DNA of 64,000 nt from Arsenophonus sp. (GTDB lineage Bacteria; Pseudomonadota; Gammaproteobacteria; Enterobacterales; Enterobacteriaceae). The stretch spans positions 548,659 through 612,658 of the forward strand of contig CP132905.1 of NCBI GenBank assembly GCA_031446165.1. Reading direction: 5' to 3'. The translations under genes were made by a program, and so were the position numbers. Shown here piece after piece: positions 37,081-48,943 of the stretch; position 1 is the stretch's first letter, and every line of letters begins with the position of its first letter. The notes beneath the pieces were generated by a model. The model saw nothing but the letters and a program-made list of their open reading frames with translations. It had not been told where the DNA came from and searched no databases.

Positions 37081-39652
37081 TGATATCCTCTTTAAAATTT
37101 CATAAAGGCAATAAAATTAGAAAAATTATTTAAAAGAATAATACATGTAACATTTATAAAATCAAACTACACGATGGATATATTAAATATATTAATTCCA
37201 TAATATCAAAAAATATAAAAAATTAATAATTTTATTACAAACTAATTAGATTATAATAAGATAATTGAAGTATAACTTGTATATTCAATAATATCCAAAA
37301 GGATAATAATGATACGTCATTTTTACTGTACAATACTTTAACAATACAATTGCAATAATTCATACTACTTGTAAAGTAAATCATATATTATTATGAATAA
37401 AACTAATCATATTTGATTTTCTATTAAAAGCAAGAGCGAGAATAAATTAAAATTTATATCAAATAAAACTATTTTTTATAGCTTTTAATATATTAAGGAT
37501 CTTCAGAAATAAACATTTAAAAAATAATATGCATAGTAAAGTTTAAAATAAATTTTTTATACACTATTTAAAAATAGAACAATAAAAACAATCTTTTATC
37601 TTTATATATTATTTTTTTATTAAAAATTATTAAAATTTATATTATTACTAATTACTAAAAATACTTTAATAATCATTAGTATGCCTAAATAAAATTTGAT
37701 TAATTAAAGAAATTAGTATAGAAAAAATAAAAAACATCATTTTACAGATGTCTTCAATTTATACATTTCTTCAAGTTCTAAGAACTTAATTTATTTCATT
37801 CCACATCTTTAAATAACAACTTAAATTTTTAAAATCAATTTTAAGTGTAATAATTTTTATAACTAACTAATGTAAGATATTTTCAACAAATCTAAAAAGA
37901 TTAACTCATGTAAGAAATTCAATCATTTATTTTTCTAATAACGAATTAACATTCATTAATATATCTTTAATTTAATTATTGATTATTTTTTATAAAAAAC
38001 CATTTCAAAAAATATATAAAAAAATAATAATGTTACAAAACATTATAATCATAGTTATTTTCATAAAACTTTTCAAAAAAAGTTAATAAAACATATCTCA
38101 TGATTTATTTAATTAAGAAGATTATACTATGTCTTCTTTAAGATCTTCTTACTATCTTTAATATGAAGTATTTAATAATAAATTTTAGACATGGATATTA
38201 TAATTTCTAATTGCAAATATTATTTACTTAAATTTAACATTAAAAAACATTCTTAATAAATTAAAGAGATTATAAGTAAATAATAAAATTATCAAAAAAT
38301 TGATTTTTTTTAAAAAAAAAGTATAGTATCTTTTGAATACAAAATATAAATTATCTTTTTTAGCGTATTTAATTATAATGCGCTAAGTTGTTATTTATTC
38401 ATGAATTTATTGATAATATCAATAAATTACTAGAAGATTACTGTTTAGCTAAAATTAATTGTATTTCTATTATGGGGTTGATAAAATCAAAGGAATATTT
38501 TTTATAGAGAAAATCAATCTGATATAAAAAACAGATGATATTCAGTTCACGAATATATTCGTAACACCTATATAATTATTTGAATTCAAAAAGAAAAATA
38601 TGATAAAATATTAATCTATCGCAATAAACACTTCTTATTTTTTTTAAAAACACTAAATTAAAATAACTACTAATAAATTAAAAATAATAACCATTACAAT
38701 GTCATAGTCTTAATACTACAACAATTAATATTTAACATACTTTTTATACTTTTAAAAAAAACAATCAAAAATTATTTATTTATATCAAAATAATACATTA
38801 ATTCAAGACAAACATTAATTTCTTTTACATATAAATTTACTCAACCATAAGTTTTCCTAAAATTTTTCAAATTATTAAAAAAAATTATGTTTTTAAAAAA
38901 GTAATTACTAAAATACAAAAAAAATAATAAAAAAATCAATTTTTTTTACTTTTTTAAACTAAAAAATAAATTTTTAAATTAATTATAAATTGAATTATAA
39001 ATTGATTAGCAAGAAAAAATATTTCCACTTTTATTTTGAGTATTAATTTTATTAAAATCATCTTTATCACATTACTATACTGATATATAGTAAATTAGTT
39101 TTATTAATTATATTTTCATCTAAATTGAAGTCTAAAGAAAATAAAATTTTTATAAGATGCATGTATATTATATTTTTATACACTTTAATTTTTTAATCCC
39201 ACTAAGCAAATATTTTTATATATACCCCATTCAATATTGGATTAAATTTATAATTTCAAAAAACAATAACAATATTATCATATTTTTTTATAAATCTATG
39301 TAATTTTATCAACATAGATCTCTATACACCGAAATATTATAGATTTATTTTTATACACATTTATAGGAGACAAATTCACTGGTAATTATTTTTAAATCAC
39401 TTATTTCGTATCATAAAGTAATTAAATTAAACAATAAATAATTAACTAAAAATAAAACTTCAATCATTTTTTATGATAATTCAATATCTGTTTATCTTTT
39501 ATATAAAAGATTAAGATTATTAATGTAAAAATTTAAAGTTATATATCTTTTAAGATATAATATATTACTTACTTAAAATCGAGTTTTTAACAATTATTAA
39601 AAAATAAATATATTATTTATTTCAATAAGTTATCTATTATATAAATATAAAA
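37081..39652. other. ORF-free AT-rich spacer (syntenic slot of ftsX-ftsE-ftsY)
   Basis: 2.57 kb with no ORF of 60 aa or more on either strand, between rpoH and the divergent rsmD. I found no Walker-A or SRP-GTPase remnant by eye. Confidence 0.55.
38981..39004. repeat. Perfect tandem duplication, 12 bp x2 (AATTATAAATTG)
   Basis: Read directly from the sequence. Confidence 0.8.
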
Positions 39653-40225
39653 ATGAAAAAAAAACATGATAAATTAAAAGGTATTCGTATTATTGGTGGA
39701 AAATGGAAAGGCCGAACACTTTCTGTTGTAGATAGTAAAGATTTGCGACCAACAAAGAATAAAATTAGAGAAACTTTGTTTAACTGGCTAAAACCCGTTA
39801 TCAAAAAATCTCATTGTCTTGATTGTTTTTCTGGTAGTGGAGCTTTATCTATTGAAGCGCTTTCTCATTATGCTGATTCGGTAACTTTAATTGAAATACA
39901 GTCTTCCGTTTTCGTTCAATTAATAAAAAATCTAAATACATTAGATATAAAAAACGCAAAAGTAATTAAAAATAACACAATAAATTATTTATCAAAAAAA
40001 GGAAAAAATAATTATAATATTGTTTTTCTTGATCCACCTTTTTATAAAAATTTATTAGAAAAAACAGTATGGTTATTAGAAAAAAACGGCTGGATCACTA
40101 AAAGTACTTGGATATATATAGAAGTACCAGAAAATACTAACTTAAATATATTACCCACCAATTGGAAACTTTATCGTAAAAAAAAATCAGGAAAAGTAGA
40201 TTACTATATTTATATTCGTCATTAA
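39653..40225 (+). CDS. rsmD: 16S rRNA (guanine966-N2)-methyltransferase
   Basis: 190 aa. IRIIGGKWKGR.L.V.DS..LRPT...IRETLFNWL.PVI, CLDCF.GSGAL..EALS.YA and the catalytic DPPF. Confidence 0.93.
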   Translation: MKKKHDKLKGIRIIGGKWKGRTLSVVDSKDLRPTKNKIRETLFNWLKPVIKKSHCLDCFSGSGALSIEALSHYADSVTLIEIQSSVFVQLIKNLNTLDIKNAKVIKNNTINYLSKKGKNNYNIVFLDPPFYKNLLEKTVWLLEKNGWITKSTWIYIEVPENTNLNILPTNWKLYRKKKSGKVDYYIYIRH

Positions 40226-40866
40226 TATTTTTTTAAAAAATACTTTAAAAAATTGAAATTTTTATTTTTTAAAATAAAAAAATAATTATTAATATTTCTA
40301 TGAAGCATTAATAGAAATACATATTTTTAAAAAATATGAAACCAATAATTTTTATGAAAAAATCAAAAAACAATCAATAATCTCTAAAATTAAACACAGT
40401 GTAAAACTAGAAAGCATCACACTTAACACAAAACATTTAAATATTTTAAGAAAATAAATAATAAAAAATTACTGTAATCTTTATTAAAAAAATTATTTAT
40501 AATGTCATTTATAGTATAAATGAATAATAAATACAAAAATAATTAAAATGTTATCTAATATTTTTTAAAGCAAAATTTTTATAAATTTTACATAAAAATC
40601 AAAATATTATTATTTATATTCAATAATAAACATTAATATTGTTTTTCTTTTTAATTATTAAATTATTTTTATTTACATTTACATAGAAATGGATCAATGC
40701 TCACAATTATTATAAAATAATATAAAAATTTTCTATGTAAAATATTTTACAAAAAAAATCTAATATTTTTAAAATTCATACTACTATAAAAAAATATTAC
40801 AATTTTCAAAAAATAACAAGAATCATTAAAAATGATATTCATGCACTATTAAAAAATACATAAATA

Positions 40867-41112
40867 TCAAGATTTTTTCAAAATTATATAACAATACGGT
40901 ATTTTTTTATTCTCTTGCAATAGAAGATCATGTCGCATAAAACGACAAAAAGCTGGGATATCTAAATTTACCGATGGATCATCAGAAATGATGAACAGTT
41001 TTTTATTTATATCTATCTGGCGAATTCTTTTTCTTATCATCATCATAGATTCTGGACAACGTAAACCTTGTATATCAAGAATTTGATCAAAATTATAAAA
41101 AAAAGATGACAT
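40867..41112 (-). CDS. tusA: Sulfurtransferase TusA
   Basis: 81 aa. GLRCPE (active-site Cys), MM.RK..R, L.II.DDP....DIP.FC.FM.H.L and PY.Y.I.K match E. coli TusA. It ends with TGA at the natural C-terminus. Confidence 0.9.
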   Translation of the reverse strand: MSSFFYNFDQILDIQGLRCPESMMMIRKRIRQIDINKKLFIISDDPSVNLDIPAFCRFMRHDLLLQENKKIPYCYIILKKS

Positions 41113-41738
41113 GCATATATCTCGTAAATAAAATTTTTTAATAAAAAAGCATAAAAATACCAGGTATAAAAAACACGTAAAAAATGAATTAAATAGTTAA
41201 TATTTTTATGTTATCAATATCATTATATATAAATACAACATAATCAAAAGTAACATTACCTTTAATTAATGTTAATATATATTTAGCACAAAACAATAAA
41301 CAATATGCTACCCATTTTTTGTGAATGCATAAAAATATTTGAAGTATACACTGTTTTCTACTGTATATAATTTTTAAAAATTAAAAATTATATTTTAAAT
41401 AATAAAAAATACATTATTAAGAATATTATTTTTGTAAGTATCATTGTGATCATAAAATAACAATTTTAATACATTAAGCTAAAATCTAAAAAATAAATCT
41501 TGTTTTTTTTAAAAATTGAATTTTTTAAAAATTTATATATTGTTATTACAAAAAATAGCGTAAAAATTAATCTTTTGTTGAAAAATGCAATAATTGCATA
41601 ATTTATTATTTTATTCATTAATTCAAATTTTCATTTTTTATGCTTTTACTTCATTTATTTATATTTATTACATTTTATATTATTTTATTTAAAAAAAAGA
41701 AAATTCATCAATAATAACTTGTATCTGCTTAAATTATT

Positions 41739-42719
41739 TTAAGCACGTTCTATAGAAAAAGAAATAACATCGCTAATTTTTTCTATTTTTAAAGCCAACA
41801 TAAGTAATCGATCAATACCTAAAGCTACACCAGAACAATCAGGCATAACTTGATCTAATGCATTTAAAAAATATTGGTCTATTGGATTTATAGAAAGACC
41901 AAGGGTTTTTCTAATTTTGTTGTCATTTTCAAACCGTCTTTGATTTTCCTCTTTATCAGTTAACTCACAAAAACCATTAGCTAATTCAATACCTTTAAAA
42001 TAAACTTCAAAACGTTCTGCAACCCTATTATCTTCTCTACTAATTTTAGCCAATGATGCCTGCGAAGCAGGAAAATGATAAATAACTGTTGGTTTTTCTT
42101 TTCCTAAATAAGGTTCAATTCCTATGGTAAATAAAAATTGTAATAAAATATCTTTATCTTTTTCTTTATATGCGTTACTAAAACCCAATTTAAATGCTGC
42201 ATCACATAATATTTTTTTTTCTAATTCTAGAGATAACGGATCAAATTCAAAATAACGTTGAAATACTTGTTGATATGAAAGTCTACTCGTAGGTGCACAG
42301 TCTAAAATTTGTTGTAAAAAATCATCTACTTCATCAATAAGTCGATACATATCATAGTTTGGTCTATACCATTCAAGCATAGTAAATTCTGGGTTATGAT
42401 AACGTCCTTTTTCTTTATTACGAAAAGATTTTATTATCTGATATATAGGTCCACTACCTGCAGCTACTAAACGTTTCATATGATACTCTGGGCTTGTGAT
42501 CATATACATTTTAATATTATTATGAATTAAAGGAGCAATAAATTGAGTTTCAAAATGGAACAGATGAACATCGGTTACTGCAAATTTACTTAGTATAGGT
42601 GTTTCAACTTCTACTACACCACGATCAATAAAAAACCGTCTAATTTCATGAATAATTTTAGATCTTTTTAATAAATTATCAATAGATATATTCGGTTGCC
42701 AATTTACTCTTTCATTCAT
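41739..42719 (-). CDS. epmA: Elongation factor P (R)-beta-lysine ligase
   Basis: [70 protein letters not shown] and [17 protein letters not shown] match E. coli EpmA. I chose the ATG at 42719. The ORF-track start at 42743 adds 8 residues. Confidence 0.93.
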   Translation of the reverse strand: MNERVNWQPNISIDNLLKRSKIIHEIRRFFIDRGVVEVETPILSKFAVTDVHLFHFETQFIAPLIHNNIKMYMITSPEYHMKRLVAAGSGPIYQIIKSFRNKEKGRYHNPEFTMLEWYRPNYDMYRLIDEVDDFLQQILDCAPTSRLSYQQVFQRYFEFDPLSLELEKKILCDAAFKLGFSNAYKEKDKDILLQFLFTIGIEPYLGKEKPTVIYHFPASQASLAKISREDNRVAERFEVYFKGIELANGFCELTDKEENQRRFENDNKIRKTLGLSINPIDQYFLNALDQVMPDCSGVALGIDRLLMLALKIEKISDVISFSIERA

Positions 42720-42743
42720 TATAAAAACTCCAAAAGAGAACAT

Positions 42744-44754
42744 AATCCACTTGCTTTATAAATTTAAGGAACATAAATAGCCCTTATATTTCAATTTTTA
42801 TTATACAGTTTAAACATATTAAATTTCAAGATTATATAAAAAAGTAATATAATATTAATTGTTTTAAAACCAAACAGCCAAACACTAAATTATATATACC
42901 TTTAAAAGTTATTCAAAAAAGATCTTAATTAAATATTGCATAATATTTAATTGTATAAGTTTTTTAATGATATCATTTTAAAAACAATATAACCAAACAT
43001 TATTTAGAGAATTCATTATTTTAAAAACTAATATATAATATACGTACAATATTTTAATAAAAATAAATTAATAAAAATCAATTAATAATTATCAATAATA
43101 TTTACAATAATCTGATGTTAATATACAAATTAGAATTTAAAATATTTATTATTTATTATTGATATTATTTGAATTTTATATTGTCAATTTAAATATTATA
43201 AATATATTACGATACATGATATAAGAAATTATTATAATCCAAAATTTCAATGAATCTTTTTTTTTATTTGTTCTTAATTTTTAATTACCAAGTTTATAAT
43301 AAAAATTACTATTTTATAGTGTTAATATATATAATTTAAAACTTAAAGAAACTCATAAAAAAAATTTTTTAGAGAAAATTATTAAATATAATAAAAAAAT
43401 CTCAATATTTCTAAAAAATACTGATATTTAAAAAATCGTATTTTTATTTTATGATAAAATCATATAAAAGTTTATCTGAAAAAATGTTTTAACATTTATA
43501 CTTCACCACAGTAAAAATACCATTTTAGTAAAAACATTTTTTTTAAAATGTTTTCTCTAGAGAAAAAATCCTTTAAATATTTTTAAAATACTTTTATATT
43601 ATCTTCTAATTATAACTATTAAATTTCTATATAAAAATAATATCTCCTTTTCCTTTATTAAAACTTAAAATATCATATATATATCAAATATATATTCCTA
43701 TAAACATAATAATTGCTTATATAAAAATCATGAATAAAATAAAAAATAAATTGTTGATTATTTTTTAATATTTAAATGAATAATTCAATTAACTATCCAG
43801 AAATATAAAAAAATTTATGAAGATTTTAGTTACATTATTAATATCTAAAAATAAAAATATATTTTTATTAAATATTTTACCATAAGGTTGAAAAGGTTAA
43901 ATTTAAAATAAAAAACCAAATTAACAAAAAACCAAATTAAAGTACTTTTCTATTAAAATACTTCATTAAACCTAAAATAAAAAATGATATATTATGTAAC
44001 AAATATAAAAAAATAAAGTTTATTAACATATTATAAAAAATGATAAGTATATATTTTTAAAAATAAAATTTACATTTTAGATAAATATGAATTATAATAT
44101 ATTACATATATATTTCACAAATATATAAAATACATATAAAATATTATAAATTTTTTCAAAATATTTTTTAAATATCTTTAACATAATTTAATATAAAATT
44201 AATATAAAAATAAATGTTAACCATAACGTTAAAGAAGAAAATTATTTAATATAGATTTTTTATGTATTTTTTTGATTTTATTAAATATCTACACAATTAA
44301 TATATTTATATATACAATATTTTTGATAATTTAAATACATAATGCTTATATCAATAAAATGCATTAGTAAATTAGTAAAAATTTAATTGAAATATAAATT
44401 TTAAAAATAAAGTTTATAGGCTTTAATTATTTTACAAGTCCTAAAATACTTGACTGATTAATTCAAAATTTAAATCAATTCAATGAATAATAAAAAAATA
44501 TTAGCCTATTTTTTATAAAAAAACCTGTATTTATGAATAAAATTACAATTAATAATATACAAATACAATCTATACTTGCTAAACTTACTGAAAACCTTTT
44601 AAAATTACAAATTAATTTTTTTAAAAAATTAAATATCACATTTAATTTTTAATAATACTTGATATTTTTTCATAAATATTTTCAAAAAAAAGATCAAAAT
44701 TCTTATTTATGATATACTTATGTGGAATTTAAAGTAAGAGGTCATAGCTAATAT
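42744..44754. other. ORF-free AT-rich spacer (2.0 kb) between epmA and plsB
   Basis: No ORF of 60 aa or more on either strand and no recognisable relict. The dgkA/lexA side of plsB in E. coli would map here. Confidence 0.45.
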
Positions 44755-47196
44755 ATGTCATTTTGGTACAAAATTTACTATAATTTATTATATTTAGCAA
44801 TAAAATTTCTTGTAAAAAGCAAACTAATGCCACCAAATCCAATCAAAGAACTAGATCTTGATACAACACATTCCTTTTTGTATGTATTGCCATATTATTC
44901 AATAATAGATTTATTAACATTACGACAACAATGTTTTTCTATTGGTTTACCCGACCCCTTTCATCCTATCACAATAAACAAAATCAAATTACCTGCTTAC
45001 TTATTTATTAATGATAAACCACAAACATTTCATGACTATAAATCAAATCTACGAAAAGATTCCATAAAAACCTTTATTACTTATCTTGATCTCCATTTTA
45101 ATAATCCAGAATTAAATATTCAATTATTACCTGTATCAGTGATGTTTGGAAGGGCACCTGGTCGTAAAACTCATTTTAAAAAATCTTCTTTGCATTTTCC
45201 TTATGGAATTCAAAAATTTTTATCTATTATATGGTTAGGACGTGATACTTTTGTCAGTTTTTCTCACAGAATTTTTTTACAAAAAATAGTTTACGAACAT
45301 GGTAGTGACAAATTTATAGTCACGAAACTTATTCGAGTAGCCCGTATTCATTATTTACGAAAAAGATTAGCAGCCATAGGACCTAAACTGCCTATAAAAC
45401 ATGATTTATTTAATAAGCTATTAAAATTAAAAATAATTGAAAAATCCATTAAAGATGAAGCAAAAATAAAAAAAATTTCAGTTAAAAAAGCAAAAAAAAA
45501 TGCAATTAATATAATGGAAGAAATTGCTGCTAATTTCTCCTATGAAGCAATTCGTATTACCGATCGTATATTGAGTTGGACATGGAATAGACTCTATCAA
45601 GGTATTACCGTACAACATGCTGAACGTGTACGTCAATTAGCACAAAATGTTAATGAAATTGTATATATTCCATGTCATCGTAGTCATATGGATTATTTAT
45701 TGCTCTCTTATGTAATATATCATCAAGGATTAGTTCCTCCTCATATTGCCGCAGGTTCAAATCTTAATTTTTGGCCTATCGGACAAATTTTTCGTCACTT
45801 AGGTGCTTTTTTTATTCGTCGTTCTTTTAACGGAAATAAACTATATTCTCATATATTTCGTGAATATCTTAGTGAATTATTTTTTCGTGGTTATTCCATT
45901 GAATATTTTATTGAAGGAGGACGCTCTCGGACTGGTCGTTTACTAGCACCAAAAACAGGTACGCTTTCTATGACTGTACAAGCAATGCTCAGAGAAAATA
46001 TACATCCAATTACTATTGTTCCTATTTACATAGGTTACGATCATGTATTAGAAGTAGCAAGTTACATTAAAGAACTACAAGGTATGAAAAAAGAAAAAGA
46101 AAATTTATTTACAATATTTAAAAGTTTATTTAAACTACGAAAACTTGGAAAAAGTTATGTAAATTTTGGTCAACCTATTAAACTAAAAAACTATTTAAAC
46201 CAATTTATTCCAAAATGGCGTCAATCTTTCAAGATCATTCCAACAGAACGTCCAATATGGCTAAATTTAGCTGTTACAAAATTAGCTCATAATATTATGG
46301 TTAGCATTAATAATGCAGCTACTGTTAACTCAATCAATTTATGTTCTGCAGCTTTATTAGCTTCTAAAGAAGGTGCGTTAACAAAAAAACAACTTCTTAA
46401 ACAAATGAAATGTTATCTAGAACTTTTTAACAATGTTCCTTATAGCGAAGAAAGTGTAACACCTAAAGAAGCTGCTGATTTTCTTTTAGATGAAGCTTTA
46501 AAATTAAAAAAAATTATAATTAAGAAAAATAAAATAGATGATATTATTTTACTACCAAAAAAAAATATAGTAATAATGACCTACTACAGAAATAATATTA
46601 CACATTTATTAATCCTACCTGCTTTATTAGCAAATATAATATTACATAATAATCATATTCATATAAATGAAATTTATCGTCAAGTAATACTCATTTACCC
46701 ATTCATAAAAGAGGAACTTTTTGTCAGATATAATCTTGAGGAATTATCTGATACAATTGACATTGTAATAAATGAATTAATACGTCAACAGTTAATATGT
46801 AAAAATAAAGATTGTATAAATATTAACAGAAGCAATATATATACTTTAAAACTCTTATCAGAAAATATTAAAGAAATATTAGTACGCTACGCTATCACAC
46901 TTGTATTACTTAATAAAACACATAAAATTAGTCGAGCAATTTTAGAAAAAGAAACTTATATACTTGCTAAGTATATTTCTATTTTACATGGCATTAATAC
47001 ATTAGAATTTTTTGATAAAATCAGTTTTTCAACTCTACTTAATACTTTAAAAAAAGAAGGATATATTAATAAAGAAGGTAATATGATTATTATTTCGAAT
47101 GCAAATTTAATTTATTATACTATAATAAAATTAATATCTACTGAAATACGTTTTACCATTGAAAATGTTCATCAGATTTCAAATAATGTATTATAA
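44755..47196 (+). CDS. plsB: Glycerol-3-phosphate 1-O-acyltransferase
   Basis: 813 aa. YVLPY.S..DLLTLR, the acyltransferase motif [60 protein letters not shown] and PIYIGYDHV, full-length collinear with E. coli PlsB. Confidence 0.97.
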   Translation: MSFWYKIYYNLLYLAIKFLVKSKLMPPNPIKELDLDTTHSFLYVLPYYSIIDLLTLRQQCFSIGLPDPFHPITINKIKLPAYLFINDKPQTFHDYKSNLRKDSIKTFITYLDLHFNNPELNIQLLPVSVMFGRAPGRKTHFKKSSLHFPYGIQKFLSIIWLGRDTFVSFSHRIFLQKIVYEHGSDKFIVTKLIRVARIHYLRKRLAAIGPKLPIKHDLFNKLLKLKIIEKSIKDEAKIKKISVKKAKKNAINIMEEIAANFSYEAIRITDRILSWTWNRLYQGITVQHAERVRQLAQNVNEIVYIPCHRSHMDYLLLSYVIYHQGLVPPHIAAGSNLNFWPIGQIFRHLGAFFIRRSFNGNKLYSHIFREYLSELFFRGYSIEYFIEGGRSRTGRLLAPKTGTLSMTVQAMLRENIHPITIVPIYIGYDHVLEVASYIKELQGMKKEKENLFTIFKSLFKLRKLGKSYVNFGQPIKLKNYLNQFIPKWRQSFKIIPTERPIWLNLAVTKLAHNIMVSINNAATVNSINLCSAALLASKEGALTKKQLLKQMKCYLELFNNVPYSEESVTPKEAADFLLDEALKLKKIIIKKNKIDDIILLPKKNIVIMTYYRNNITHLLILPALLANIILHNNHIHINEIYRQVILIYPFIKEELFVRYNLEELSDTIDIVINELIRQQLICKNKDCININRSNIYTLKLLSENIKEILVRYAITLVLLNKTHKISRAILEKETYILAKYISILHGINTLEFFDKISFSTLLNTLKKEGYINKEGNMIIISNANLIYYTIIKLISTEIRFTIENVHQISNNVL

Positions 47197-47199
47197 TTA

Positions 47200-48065
47200 T
47201 TAAAAATTCAAAACAATTCCAATAAATAATATCAAACCAACATAATTATTGCTAATAAATGCTTTAAAACATGAAATTTGTTTACGATTCGCTATTAATA
47301 GTTGTTGATAAACAAAAATACCTAATATTAATATTAAACTTATAGAATAAGTTATACCTAAATTTATTTGATACTTCATATACAATAATATTAATAACAT
47401 AGATAATTGCAAAATAAAAATCATTAATTTATCGAATCTTCCAAAAATAATCGCCGTGGATTTTATGCCAATTTTTATATCATCATTGCGATCAACCATT
47501 GCATATTGAGTATCATAAATAACAGACCAAATAATATTTACTAAAAACAATAACCAACCTTCTAAAGGAAAAGAATCAATAACTGCTGAATAAACCATTG
47601 GAATTGACCAACCGAACGTGATACCCAATATTATTTGAGGAAAATAAGTAAATCGTTTACAAAAAGGATAAATTATAGTTAATATTAACCCGAAAATAGA
47701 TAACACTATTGTTTTATTATTTAGAGTCAATACCAATAAAAAAGAAGAAATAACTAATAAAAAAAAAGAATTTTTGCTTCTTGCGTGCTTATACTACAGT
47801 CTACTAATGGCCGTTTTTTAGTGCGAGTAACATGGGCATCAAATTTCCTATCAATATAATCATTAACAATACACCCAGCAGAACGCATAAAAAAAACACC
47901 AGCAGTGAAAATTAATAAAAGATAAAAATCTGGTAGTCCACGATTAGATAACCATAGTGCGCAGTAAGTAGGCCACAACAAAAGATATAAACCTATAGGT
48001 TTATTTAAACGTACTAAACTAAGATAACGATAAAATTTATCAAAATTAATTTTTTTATATTTCAA
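47200..48065 (-). pseudogene. ubiA: 4-hydroxybenzoate octaprenyltransferase, split by a 1-nt frameshift in a T9 (coding-strand) homopolymer
   Basis: The two ORFs, 48065-47754 and 47736-47200, together cover E. coli UbiA. Matching segments include [67 protein letters not shown] and CFKAF..NNYVGL. The frame changes inside the run at 47759-47767. One extra T would give ...[21 protein letters not shown]..., matching E. coli ...[20 protein letters not shown]... residue for residue, for about 288 aa against 290. Confidence 0.85.
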
Positions 48066-48943
48066 AGTTTTGTATTCTCTAACTAAATTTTTTATATTTC
48101 TATTTTTTTATTCTTATAGAATTTAAAAAAATATTCGCTAATATTAAAAAAATGTTATTTTAAAGGATTTTGTTAAAATATCAAAAATCTTAATTAATAA
48201 ATTTATCATTTATTAATTAATCAGTAATATTTACCTATTAAAATACACAAAAATAATTTACATATTACTTAATAATAATAAAATATAAATTTTATTTATT
48301 TTTTATAAAAAAATCATGAAAAATATAATATATTTTATATTATACATTTTTTTTGCATATTTTAAAAAATAAATTATATATCTCTAATATAAAATAACAT
48401 ATTAAAAATAAAAAATTAATAAATTATATTTTACAATAAATCTATTAAAATCTAAAAAATAAACATTTTAAAAAATTTTAATTATCTTCATATACATCTG
48501 CATCATATATATTTTATTTTAAATTTTAATATTACCTTACATATCATATATAATTAAACTATAATATTATATTGAAATATTTTTTATGTATTAAATAATT
48601 TAAAAAATATAACCATATTAATGGGAAACATTTTTACAATAAAATAAAACTACAAAACACATAATTCAAAATATTAATCTAAAATTCATAAAAAATAGTT
48701 AAAACTATGTTCATAAAAAATTAGATTAATTAAATATTGTTACTCTAAAATATCATATTCACTTAAAATCAATATTTATTTAATATCAAAATTTTACAAT
48801 CCATATTTTTAAATATAATGATTATTAAACTTTAAAAAATATCAAAAATATGCTATCTATTTTTAATATTTATTAATTCACTGTTAAAAAAATAAACAAT
48901 CTTTTTTTTTATTAAATACTCATTGTTTACGGAAAAATAAAAA

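Noticed and set aside
38549-38562. The 14-bp perfect palindrome ACGAATATATTCGT in the ftsYEX relict spacer, as a possible operator.
   Set aside because: It is short, isolated and mostly TA-repeat, so it is expected by chance in this composition. There is no nearby gene for it to regulate.
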